Notes under the pieces: model-generated
Seen by the model: only the letters and a program-made list of their open reading frames with translations
Told to the model about the DNA's origin: nothing
The model's database searches: none
NCBI GenBank assembly: GCA_965215145.1
Contig: OZ244038.1
Coordinates: 1,340,579 to 1,404,578 of the forward strand
DNA from: Rhodothermales bacterium
GTDB lineage: Bacteria; Bacteroidota; Rhodothermia; Rhodothermales; JANQRZ01
Direction: 5' to 3'
DNA: 64,000 nt
Position numbers and translations under genes: made by a program
Part shown: positions 17,271 through 30,374 of the stretch, piece after piece
How the letters are laid out: each line of letters opens with the position of its first letter
Position numbering within the stretch: the first letter of the stretch is position 1

Positions 17271-18347
17271 ATGCGCGCGACCCGCCTCCTCCTGCCCCTC
17301 GCCGTGGTGACCCTCGCGGTTGCTCCCGTCCGAGCACAGACCGACACCACGGCCGCGCGGCCAACGGCGGGCGTGAGTGGCACCTCGGACCGCGTGGCGA
17401 CGGTGCCGCTCCCGAACGGCAGCGGGGTCTTCTACTACCGCTCGGGCCGGCCCGGCGGCGTCCGCATCCGCTCGCGCGCCGGCCGCCCGGCTCCGACGGA
17501 GCGGGGCCTCCGCGCTGACGACCTCCGCAGTGCCCTCGGCGACGTCGAGCCCGGTACGCGGGAGGCCCTCCGCAGCGGCGAGCCCGTCACCCGCCTCGAC
17601 CTGCTCCGCCTCGAGCTCGCGCTCCGCCGCGCCCTCGACGACAAGCTCGACGGCCTCCGCCTCCAGCCCTACGCCGCCGACCGCGACCGGGTCTACCGCG
17701 ACGGGAGCGGCCGGCCGGTGGTCGTCGTGCCGGGGCAGGGCGTGACCACGCTGCCGCAGGGGTTCGCGCCGACCCAGGGGACGCCAGCGCCGACCGGCCA
17801 GCCGTCTACGCCGCCGAGGGTGGAGGTCCCCCGGTCCGAGCTGGCGCCGGTCGCGCCGGGGGCGGTGACCGCGACGGAGGTGGAGCGTGCCTTGCTCGAC
17901 GCCGGGCTCTTCCGCGCCGTCGAGGTCCACTTCGAGTTCGACGAGGCCACGCTGCTGCCGACGGCGGAGCGGGCGCTCGACACCATCGGCGGGGTGCTCG
18001 TCCGGTACCCGAGCCTGGAGGTCGGCATCGGGGGGCACACCGACAGCATCGGCTCGGACGCCTACAACCTCCAGCTCTCGCAGGCCCGCGCCGCGGCCGT
18101 CCGCGCCTACCTCCTGGTCCGGTTCCCCGGCATCGCCCCCGAGCGCCTCGCCGCACGCGGGTTCGGCGAGGCGGAGCCCATCGCCACCAACGCCAACCCG
18201 ACGGGGCGGACGCTGAACCGCCGAGTGGAGTTCGTCGTGCTCAACCCGGAGGAGGTCCCGACGGTCGAGCCGGAGCCCGTGGAGGACCGGCTCCGGCGGC
18301 TGATCCAGGAGGAGCTGCGCGAGGCGCGCGAGGGGGACGACGGTTGA
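17271..18347 (+). CDS. OmpA-family peptidoglycan-binding protein
   Basis: Starts 4 nt after the previous stop. Signal peptide. C-terminal GGHTDSIGSDAYNLQLSQARAAAVRAYL..GFGEAEPIATNANPTGRTLNRRVEFVV is a canonical OmpA_C domain. Confidence 0.85.
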   Translation: MRATRLLLPLAVVTLAVAPVRAQTDTTAARPTAGVSGTSDRVATVPLPNGSGVFYYRSGRPGGVRIRSRAGRPAPTERGLRADDLRSALGDVEPGTREALRSGEPVTRLDLLRLELALRRALDDKLDGLRLQPYAADRDRVYRDGSGRPVVVVPGQGVTTLPQGFAPTQGTPAPTGQPSTPPRVEVPRSELAPVAPGAVTATEVERALLDAGLFRAVEVHFEFDEATLLPTAERALDTIGGVLVRYPSLEVGIGGHTDSIGSDAYNLQLSQARAAAVRAYLLVRFPGIAPERLAARGFGEAEPIATNANPTGRTLNRRVEFVVLNPEEVPTVEPEPVEDRLRRLIQEELREAREGDDG

Positions 18348-18359
18348 TGCGGGCAGCGG

Positions 18360-19157
18360 TCAGAGCCGGACCAGCTCCGCGTCGTCGTAGTCCCGGTCGG
18401 CGCCCGCCACGAGGTCGGCCTCGTCGTCGCGGCGGCGGAGGAGGCCGGGGAGGCCGGCGCTCCGCCAGATCCGCTTCATCGCCCGGAGCTCCTCGGCGAT
18501 GCCGTCGAGGTCGCGCTGGGGGATGAGCCCGCGGATCGCCTTCATCTCGCGGCGGCTGCCGCCCGAGAGGGCGGTGCCGCGGTTGTAGACGAGCGAGAGG
18601 AGCGCGCCCTGCGCGTCGGCCGGGAGGTCCTCGATGCCGGGGTAGGTGCGGCGGGTGCGGCGGGCGTACTCCGGCAGCGTCTGCGTGTAGAACACCCGCT
18701 CGGCCGCGTCGAGCGGCACCGTCACCGTCTTGACCCGGCCGACGGCGCGGCGGGCGTCGTCGCCCTTGAGCCCCGCCACGGTCAGCAGCTTGGCGAGGTC
18801 GGCGTCGGTGAGGAGCCCGCGCCACGTCTTCTCAATCTGGTTGGCCGCGGCGTACCCGAGGTCGTAGCCGATGCCGACGGTGACGCCGCTCTGCCCGCCC
18901 GGCCAGACGGGGTGCTGGAGCCGCCGCCAGTAGTTCGCCGCCGAGCCGATCTCGTGGTCCACGATGAGGCCGATGCTCCGCTTCGAAACGATGAGGTTGT
19001 GGGGCTCAGGGGCATCGGAGGCGTCGGGCACGGCGTCGCAGGCGTCGAGGACCGCCTCAAGCCGCGTCAGCGTGATCGGGCCGACGAGGCCGTCGGCGGA
19101 GACGCCGAGGCGGCGCTGGATGGCCTGGATACGCTCGCGGACGGTGAGGGTGCTCAT
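18360..19157 (-). CDS. Peptidoglycan-binding domain + lysozyme-like (phage/pesticin-type muramidase) protein
   Basis: ATG 19157 (MSTLTVRERIQAIQRRLGVSADGLVGPITL is PG_binding_1-like). Then SIGLIVDHEIGS..VWPGGQSGVTVGIGYDLGY resembles GH24/pesticin-type lysozymes. No signal peptide. Confidence 0.55.
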   Translation of the reverse strand: MSTLTVRERIQAIQRRLGVSADGLVGPITLTRLEAVLDACDAVPDASDAPEPHNLIVSKRSIGLIVDHEIGSAANYWRRLQHPVWPGGQSGVTVGIGYDLGYAAANQIEKTWRGLLTDADLAKLLTVAGLKGDDARRAVGRVKTVTVPLDAAERVFYTQTLPEYARRTRRTYPGIEDLPADAQGALLSLVYNRGTALSGGSRREMKAIRGLIPQRDLDGIAEELRAMKRIWRSAGLPGLLRRRDDEADLVAGADRDYDDAELVRL

Positions 19158-19206
19158 GGCGGCGGGGGTCTCTGCATCAAGACGCCGGCAGGATACGGAT
19201 CCGCCT

Positions 19207-20253
19207 TCAACACGAGAGCCGCCGCAGCCTGCGCGGAAGGTCGTCCGGCAGCCGCCACGGCGCGCGGGGGATCCGCTCCCACCCGAACCGGGAGACGAGC
19301 GCCTGTGGCACCACCGGCTCCGGGCGGTCGAGCAGGCCGAGCGAGTGGGCCAGCGCGCCGACGACAGCTTCGGGAGGGACACCGGCCTCGCGCAGCGCCC
19401 GCAGCGTCAGCGCCGCGTCCCGCTTCGACAGCTTCTCGCCGGCGGCGTTGACGACGAGGGGGAGGTGGGCGTAGGCGGGCCGGCCGCTGCCGAGGGCCCC
19501 GATGAGCTGGATCTGCCGCGCCGTCGAGTCCAGCAGGTCGGCGCCGCGGACGACCTCGGTGACGCCCATCGCGAGGTCGTCCACGACGACGGCGAGCTGG
19601 TAGGCGTAGAGCCCGTCGCGGCGCTTGAGGACGAAGTCGCCCACGACCTCGGCCACGTCATCCGCCTGCGGGCCCAGCACGCGGTCCTCCCACCGAACGA
19701 CACCGTCGGCCACGCGGAGGCGCAGCGCGGCGTCCGGCCGCTCGGCGGAGGAGAAGGCGTCGAACCAGTCAATCGGGAGACCCTTCGGGCGGAGCGAAGC
19801 CGGATAGGGGGGGAGCCCCGAGGCCCCGTGCGGCGCCGAGGCGATTTCTACCAAGTCCTTCCGGGAGACGCGGCAGGGGAACAGCCGCCCGGCCTCCGCC
19901 AGCCGCCGCAGCGCCGCCTCGTAGACCGGTCCGCGCTCGCTCTGCCGGTACGGCGCGTGCGGCCCGCCGTCGGGTCCGTTGCTGGACCCCGGCCCCTCGT
20001 CCCAGTCGAGCCCGAGCCAGCGGAGGTCGTCCAGCGCGGCCTCGGCCGTGCCGGGCACGACGCGCGGAGGGTCGAGGTCCTCAATGCGCCAGACGAACGC
20101 GCCATCCTGGCTCCGCGCTGAGAGCCACGCCGCCAGCGCCGTCCGCGCGCTGCCGACGTGGAGAAGGCCGGTGGGAGAGGGGGCCCATCGGCCTCGGAGG
20201 GGGGACGTGTGCGGGGGCACGAGCGTTGTACCTTCGTCTAACCACCGCTCCAT
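19207..20253 (-). CDS. gluQ: Glutamyl-Q tRNA(Asp) synthetase (truncated GluRS paralogue)
   Basis: [19 protein letters not shown] (HIGH region), WRIEDLD and GEKLSKRD (KMSKS-like). Its length lacks an anticodon-binding domain. The true start may be the GTG near 20220. Confidence 0.75.
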   Translation of the reverse strand: MERWLDEGTTLVPPHTSPLRGRWAPSPTGLLHVGSARTALAAWLSARSQDGAFVWRIEDLDPPRVVPGTAEAALDDLRWLGLDWDEGPGSSNGPDGGPHAPYRQSERGPVYEAALRRLAEAGRLFPCRVSRKDLVEIASAPHGASGLPPYPASLRPKGLPIDWFDAFSSAERPDAALRLRVADGVVRWEDRVLGPQADDVAEVVGDFVLKRRDGLYAYQLAVVVDDLAMGVTEVVRGADLLDSTARQIQLIGALGSGRPAYAHLPLVVNAAGEKLSKRDAALTLRALREAGVPPEAVVGALAHSLGLLDRPEPVVPQALVSRFGWERIPRAPWRLPDDLPRRLRRLSC

Positions 20254-20379
20254 ACCGCGTCAGGGGCAGGCTGTAAGGAAGGCGACCCGAAGGTAAGGAA
20301 GGTCACGGCTCCTCCCGATACTCAGCTCTCCAGTCGTTCGGCGCACCGAATCCTCCATCTCCCCCCTCAGGGCCCCGCC

Positions 20380-25899
<5,520 letters not shown>

Positions 25900-25920
25900 G
25901 GCGCCTCAGGCCGTCTCCAT

Positions 25921-26946
25921 TCAGGCCGGCTCCAGCTCCCTGAGCTCGAACAGCCAGGGGTGGGCCGCCCGGAGGGCCTCCTCCACGGGCGCGTCCAGCT
26001 TGGCCTCGGCCAGGGAGCGGGCGTCGTCGAAGAAGGTGAGCAGGGCCCCGCCCTCGGGGAGGCGGGCGCCCGTGAGGTCGGCGCGGGTGAGGTCGGCGCG
26101 GGTGAGGTCGGCGCCGCGGAGGTCGGCCCCGTCGAGGTTGGCGCCGCGGAGGTTCGCGCTCTCGAAGATGACCCGGCGGAGGTCGGCCCCCTCGAGGTGG
26201 ACGCCGCGGAGGTTGGCGCCGAGGAGGCGGGCGTGCTGGAGGTCCGCGCCGGGGAGGGCGGCGAACTGGAGGTCGGCGGCGGTGAGGTTCGCGGCGCGGA
26301 GGTCGGCGTTCTCCAGGAAGGCCCGCTCGAGGTCCGCCTCGGTGAGGTCGGCGCCACGGAGGTCCGCCGCCGTCAGCGTGGCCCGCTCGAAGTCCACGTT
26401 GCGGAGGCCGGCGCCGGCGAGGCGAGCGCCGGCGAGGCGGGCGCCGTGGAGGTTCGCGCCGGTGAGGTCGGCGCCCCAGAGGTCGGCCTCGGTGAGGTCG
26501 GCGTCGGCCAGGTTCACGCCCTGGAGGAACGCCTCGGTCAGCCGGAGCGGCGCCCCCAGGCCGAGGCGGTTGAGCCGGCGGACGTTGCCGGCGATCCGGA
26601 GGGCGGCCTCCGAGGAGCGCCAGCCTAGGAAGTCCTCGATCTCTTCGCGGTAGCGGTTGGCCCGGAGGCGGCGCTCGCCGCGGCGGTTGAGCCACAGCAT
26701 GAACCACCCGATCACGAGCAGGTCGAAGAGCATCCCGTGCGCCTCGCTCAGGACGCCCTCGGCGAAGCCGGTCGGGTCCGAGAGGTAGAACGGTACCGAG
26801 AGCGGGAGGACGAGGGCCGCCGCCCCGAGGAACACGTAGAAGGCGAGGCGGACCGGGTGCTCGGCGGCGAGCAGCTCAAGGCGCGCACGCCACCGGACGA
26901 GGGCGGCGCGGACGCGGCGGAAGGGGCGGGGGGAGGTGTCAGGCAT
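25921..26946 (-). CDS. Membrane-anchored pentapeptide-repeat protein
   Basis: Two N-terminal TM helices, then about 40 pentapeptide units (ADLTEADLWGADLTGANLHGARLAGARL..). The DNA shows 15-nt periodicity, e.g. 3 x GCGGGTGAGGTCGGC near 26076-26115. Confidence 0.8.
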   Translation of the reverse strand: MPDTSPRPFRRVRAALVRWRARLELLAAEHPVRLAFYVFLGAAALVLPLSVPFYLSDPTGFAEGVLSEAHGMLFDLLVIGWFMLWLNRRGERRLRANRYREEIEDFLGWRSSEAALRIAGNVRRLNRLGLGAPLRLTEAFLQGVNLADADLTEADLWGADLTGANLHGARLAGARLAGAGLRNVDFERATLTAADLRGADLTEADLERAFLENADLRAANLTAADLQFAALPGADLQHARLLGANLRGVHLEGADLRRVIFESANLRGANLDGADLRGADLTRADLTRADLTGARLPEGGALLTFFDDARSLAEAKLDAPVEEALRAAHPWLFELRELEPA

Positions 26947-27035
26947 GGGTAGCTCCGGGTTCTACGCACGTTCTGTGCCGAGGAACCCCACCAGCCCCGG
27001 CACCCGCTGCCCTCGGACCCGAGGGGTAGCCACGG

Positions 27036-28355
27036 CTAAACCCCGAACGTCCCGATGAGGGCGCCCGCGATGGTCGCCGTCATCCACGAGGCCAGCGCGC
27101 CGCCGAGCACCGCCAGCAGCCCCAGTCGCGCGATGTCGCTCCGGCGGGTCGGGGCCAGCTCGCCGATGCCGCCGATCTGGATGGCGATGGAGGAGAAGTT
27201 GGCGAAGCCGCACAGCGCGTAGGCCCCGATGATCAGCGTCCGCGGGCTCACCGTCGCCGCCTCGCGGAGCTCGCCGAGCGAGGCGTAGGCCACGAACTCG
27301 TTGATGGCGACCTTCTCGCCGAGCAGCCGCCCGAACTCCAGCACGTCGGCGGCCTCGACCCCCATCGCCCAGGCCAGCGGGGCGAACACGTACCCGAAGA
27401 TCGCCTGGAGCGAGAGCCCGTCGAACCGCCCACCCGAGGCGTCGGCGACGGCGGCGTTCAGCCCGACGAGCCCGCCGAGCCACCCGAGCAGCGCGTTGAT
27501 GAGCGCGATGATGGCGATGAACGCCAGGAGCATCGCGCCGACGTTGAGGGCCAGCTTGAGCCCCTCGGCCGCGCCCGCCGCCGCCGCCTCGATGGCGTTG
27601 GCCTCGGTCTTCTCGTGCGCCACCTCGACGACGCCGAGCGTCGCGGGCCGCCCGGCCTCGGGGACGAGGATCTTGGCGAGCACGATGGACGCCGGCGCGC
27701 TCATGATCGAGGCCGAGAGGAGGTGCCCCGCGAAGACCGCCTGCGTCGCGGGGTCGTCCCCGCCGAGGAAGCCGACGTAGGCCGCGAGCACGCTCCCCGC
27801 GATCGTCGCCATGCCGCCGGTCATCAGCGTCATCAGCTCGCTCCGCGTCATCCCCGCGATGTAGGGGCGGACGACGAGGGGCGCCTCGGTCTGCCCGATA
27901 AACACGTTGGCCGCCGCGCTGAGCGCCTCGGCCCCGGAGATCCGGAGCGTCTTCGCCATCAGCCACCCGAGCCCGCGGACGACGGGCTGGAGCGCGCCGA
28001 GGTGGTAGAGCAGCGCCGTCAGCGACGCGAAGAAGATGATGACCGGGAGGATCCCGAAGGCGAACGAGAAGAGGAGGTTCTCCGGCCCCGGCGCTCCCCC
28101 GAGCGGGCCGAGCACGAACCCCGCCCCGTCGTAGGTGAACGAGAGGAGGGTGACGAACAGCCCCCCCACGAAGTCGAAGAGGGAGCGACCGAACGAGGTA
28201 CCGAGGATGAGCCCGGCGAAGAGGAGCTGGAGCCCGAGCCCCGCCGCCACGAGCCGCCAGTCGATGGCGCGGCGGTCGGTCGAGAACAGCACGGCGAGGC
28301 CGAGCAGCACGGTGAGGCCGAAGAGGCCGCGCAGGAGGAAGACGACGGCGTCCAT
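27036..28355 (-). CDS. NupC/CNT-family nucleoside transporter
   Basis: ATG 28355 (MDAVVFLLRGLFGL..). Polytopic. Conserved CNT stretches GTSFGRSLFDFVGG.., ..ANVFIGQTEAPLVVRPY.., ..GFANFSSIAIQIGGIG... Confidence 0.8.
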   Translation of the reverse strand: MDAVVFLLRGLFGLTVLLGLAVLFSTDRRAIDWRLVAAGLGLQLLFAGLILGTSFGRSLFDFVGGLFVTLLSFTYDGAGFVLGPLGGAPGPENLLFSFAFGILPVIIFFASLTALLYHLGALQPVVRGLGWLMAKTLRISGAEALSAAANVFIGQTEAPLVVRPYIAGMTRSELMTLMTGGMATIAGSVLAAYVGFLGGDDPATQAVFAGHLLSASIMSAPASIVLAKILVPEAGRPATLGVVEVAHEKTEANAIEAAAAGAAEGLKLALNVGAMLLAFIAIIALINALLGWLGGLVGLNAAVADASGGRFDGLSLQAIFGYVFAPLAWAMGVEAADVLEFGRLLGEKVAINEFVAYASLGELREAATVSPRTLIIGAYALCGFANFSSIAIQIGGIGELAPTRRSDIARLGLLAVLGGALASWMTATIAGALIGTFGV

Positions 28356-28435
28356 CGGGCGGGGAGACGGCGGGTGAGGGAGGGGCCGCGCACGGCCGCG
28401 CGAAGATACCCGCCGCCCGAGGAACGGCTTCCGGC

Positions 28436-28996
28436 TCAGAAGTAGCGCTCGATCCCGTACCCAAACGGCTTCCCCCGTGCCGACTGCCGGACGAGGTGGC
28501 GCAGCCGCTTGGCGAACTCCTCCGGCCGACCCCGCGCCGCGTCGACGTAGGCCGCGCGGATCCGCTGGTAGGCCGGCGACGTGGCCTCGAAGAAGGCCCA
28601 CGCTTCCCCCTCCGACTGGAGGGCCGCGCGGATGTCACTCGGGATCTCGTACCGCTCGGGGCGCACGTCGCCGAGCCCGGCGAGGACGGAGGGCAGCACC
28701 TGCCCAGCGGCGATGAGCCGGGCCAGCCGCTCCTGGTTGGTTTGCGAGAACGCGCTCCCCGCCCGGCGGGGCGTGAACCGCTGCGCGTAGCGGTCCCCGT
28801 CGAGCCCCTTGCGGATGCCGTCGATCCACCCGAAGCAGAGCGCCTCCTCAACGGCGTCGTTGTACGGCACGCTGGGGCGCCCGGTGTGCTTCCGGTACGA
28901 GACGAGCCAGACCTCGGGCTCGTCCGCGTGGTGAGCGGCGAGCCAGTCTCGCCACGCCGCGCGGGCGGGGACGTAGAGCGTCTTGGTGATGAGCAT
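28436..28996 (-). CDS. YdeI/OmpD-associated family protein
   Basis: ATG 28996. WRDWLAAHHADEPEVWLVSYRKHTGRPSVPYNDAVEEALCFGWIDG is the typical YdeI N-terminal pattern. Confidence 0.65.
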   Translation of the reverse strand: MLITKTLYVPARAAWRDWLAAHHADEPEVWLVSYRKHTGRPSVPYNDAVEEALCFGWIDGIRKGLDGDRYAQRFTPRRAGSAFSQTNQERLARLIAAGQVLPSVLAGLGDVRPERYEIPSDIRAALQSEGEAWAFFEATSPAYQRIRAAYVDAARGRPEEFAKRLRHLVRQSARGKPFGYGIERYF

Positions 28997-29126
28997 GGGC
29001 GGTCCGCGAGGCCCCCACGATACGCCATCGCCCTTACGTTTCGCGCGAAACGCGCCGTCCGCCCGCATCCCCCCGTCCGGGTGGACGTATCCCCGGCGAT
29101 CTTCCGACCTCACCGCGCACCCGATC

Positions 29127-29960
29127 ATGGCGAACACGTATCCCAACCTCACCCGCGCTGCCGGCCGCATCGGCGTCATCGCCGGTGCCGTTCTCATCCT
29201 CATGCTCGCTGCGGCGGGCTGCATGACCGCCTCCATCGGGGCCGGCGAGCAGGGCGTCAAGTACAGCTACTTCAGCGGGACCGACCTCGGCGAGAGCTAC
29301 GACGAGGGCTTCCACGTCTTCTTCCCCTGGGAGCGCATGGTCGACTACGACGTCCGTGTCAACAACGCCGACGAGGAGATCGAGGTGCTCTCCTCGAACG
29401 GCCTCACCATCGGGATGGACATCTCCGTCCGGTACCGGCCGGAGGTGAGCGCGCTGCCGCAGCTCCACACGACCTACGGGCAGGAGTACTACGAGCGGCT
29501 GATCCGGCCGGAGTTGCGGAGCGTGGCCCGCGAGGTCGTCGGGCAGTTCACGCCCGAGGAGCTGTACTCGACGCGCCGGGCCGAGCTGCAGGAGCAGATC
29601 GAGCAGCGGATGACGGCGGCCGTCGAGGCCGACTACGTCGAGCTCGAGGCGGTGCTGATCCGCGACATCGAGCTGCCGGAGCAGATCCGCCGGGCCATCG
29701 AGAACAAGCTCGAGGAGCAGCAGCTCGTCGAGCAGGCGCGGCTCTCGATCCAGCGCGCCGAGCAGGAGGCCGAGCGCAAGCGCGTCGAGGCCTCCGGCGA
29801 CGCCGACCGGGCGCGGATCATCGCGCAGAGCCTGTCACCGCAGTTCCTGCAGTTCCAGGGCATCCAGGCCACCCGCGAGCTCGCGCAGTCGAACAACGCG
29901 AAGGTCGTCATCGTCGGCGGCGGGGGCGACGGCCTCCCCGTCATCCTCGGCGACCAGTAG
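29127..29960 (+). CDS. SPFH/band-7 (prohibitin/HflC-like) membrane protein
   Basis: ATG 29127. N-terminal anchor, then GEQGVKYSYFSGT..GFHVFFPWERMVDYDVR..YRPEV..EYYERLIRPELRSVAREVVGQFTPEELYS.. and a coiled-coil tail. Confidence 0.8.
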   Translation: MANTYPNLTRAAGRIGVIAGAVLILMLAAAGCMTASIGAGEQGVKYSYFSGTDLGESYDEGFHVFFPWERMVDYDVRVNNADEEIEVLSSNGLTIGMDISVRYRPEVSALPQLHTTYGQEYYERLIRPELRSVAREVVGQFTPEELYSTRRAELQEQIEQRMTAAVEADYVELEAVLIRDIELPEQIRRAIENKLEEQQLVEQARLSIQRAEQEAERKRVEASGDADRARIIAQSLSPQFLQFQGIQATRELAQSNNAKVVIVGGGGDGLPVILGDQ

Positions 29961-29995
29961 AGGCCCGACGGCGCCGGCTCGGGGCCGCTGGGGGT

Positions 29996-30355
29996 TCAAC
30001 GCTGTGCCTCCCCCGGCGGCGCCTCGCTACGCTCGAACCCGAGGGCGAGCGCTCCCTCTTCGGTCTCGGCGCTGACGAGCGCGTAGTGCACGGCCGCATA
30101 GGACGAGGCCCCGCACACGGCGATGACGCCGAGGTGCTCGACGGCGGTGTCGAGCACCTGCACGCCGGCCTCCTCGAGGAGGCTACGCGTGTCGGGCGGG
30201 TCGTACTCGACGGAGGGGTCGCACTGGACGCCGCCGCTGAACGTCTGAGCCACCCAGACGGGGCCGGAGGCCTGGTCGGAGGTTCGGTCGGGGTCCAGGG
30301 AGCGGCAGCCGGCGGTCCCGATGAGGCTGAGGAGGACGAAGAGTAGAGTTCGCAT
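29996..30355 (-). CDS. Small lipoprotein, unknown function
   Basis: Lipobox LLSLIGTAGCRS. 119 aa, no motif recognised. Confidence 0.45.
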   Translation of the reverse strand: MRTLLFVLLSLIGTAGCRSLDPDRTSDQASGPVWVAQTFSGGVQCDPSVEYDPPDTRSLLEEAGVQVLDTAVEHLGVIAVCGASSYAAVHYALVSAETEEGALALGFERSEAPPGEAQR

Positions 30356-30374
30356 GGTCGGGGGCTGCGGGACT

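Noticed and set aside
14939-17383. 814-aa minus-strand ORF opposite the 865-aa OMP gene
   Set aside because: The same GC artefact reasoning applies. The plus strand has a signal peptide, barrel-like strands and tight coupling to the OmpA gene.
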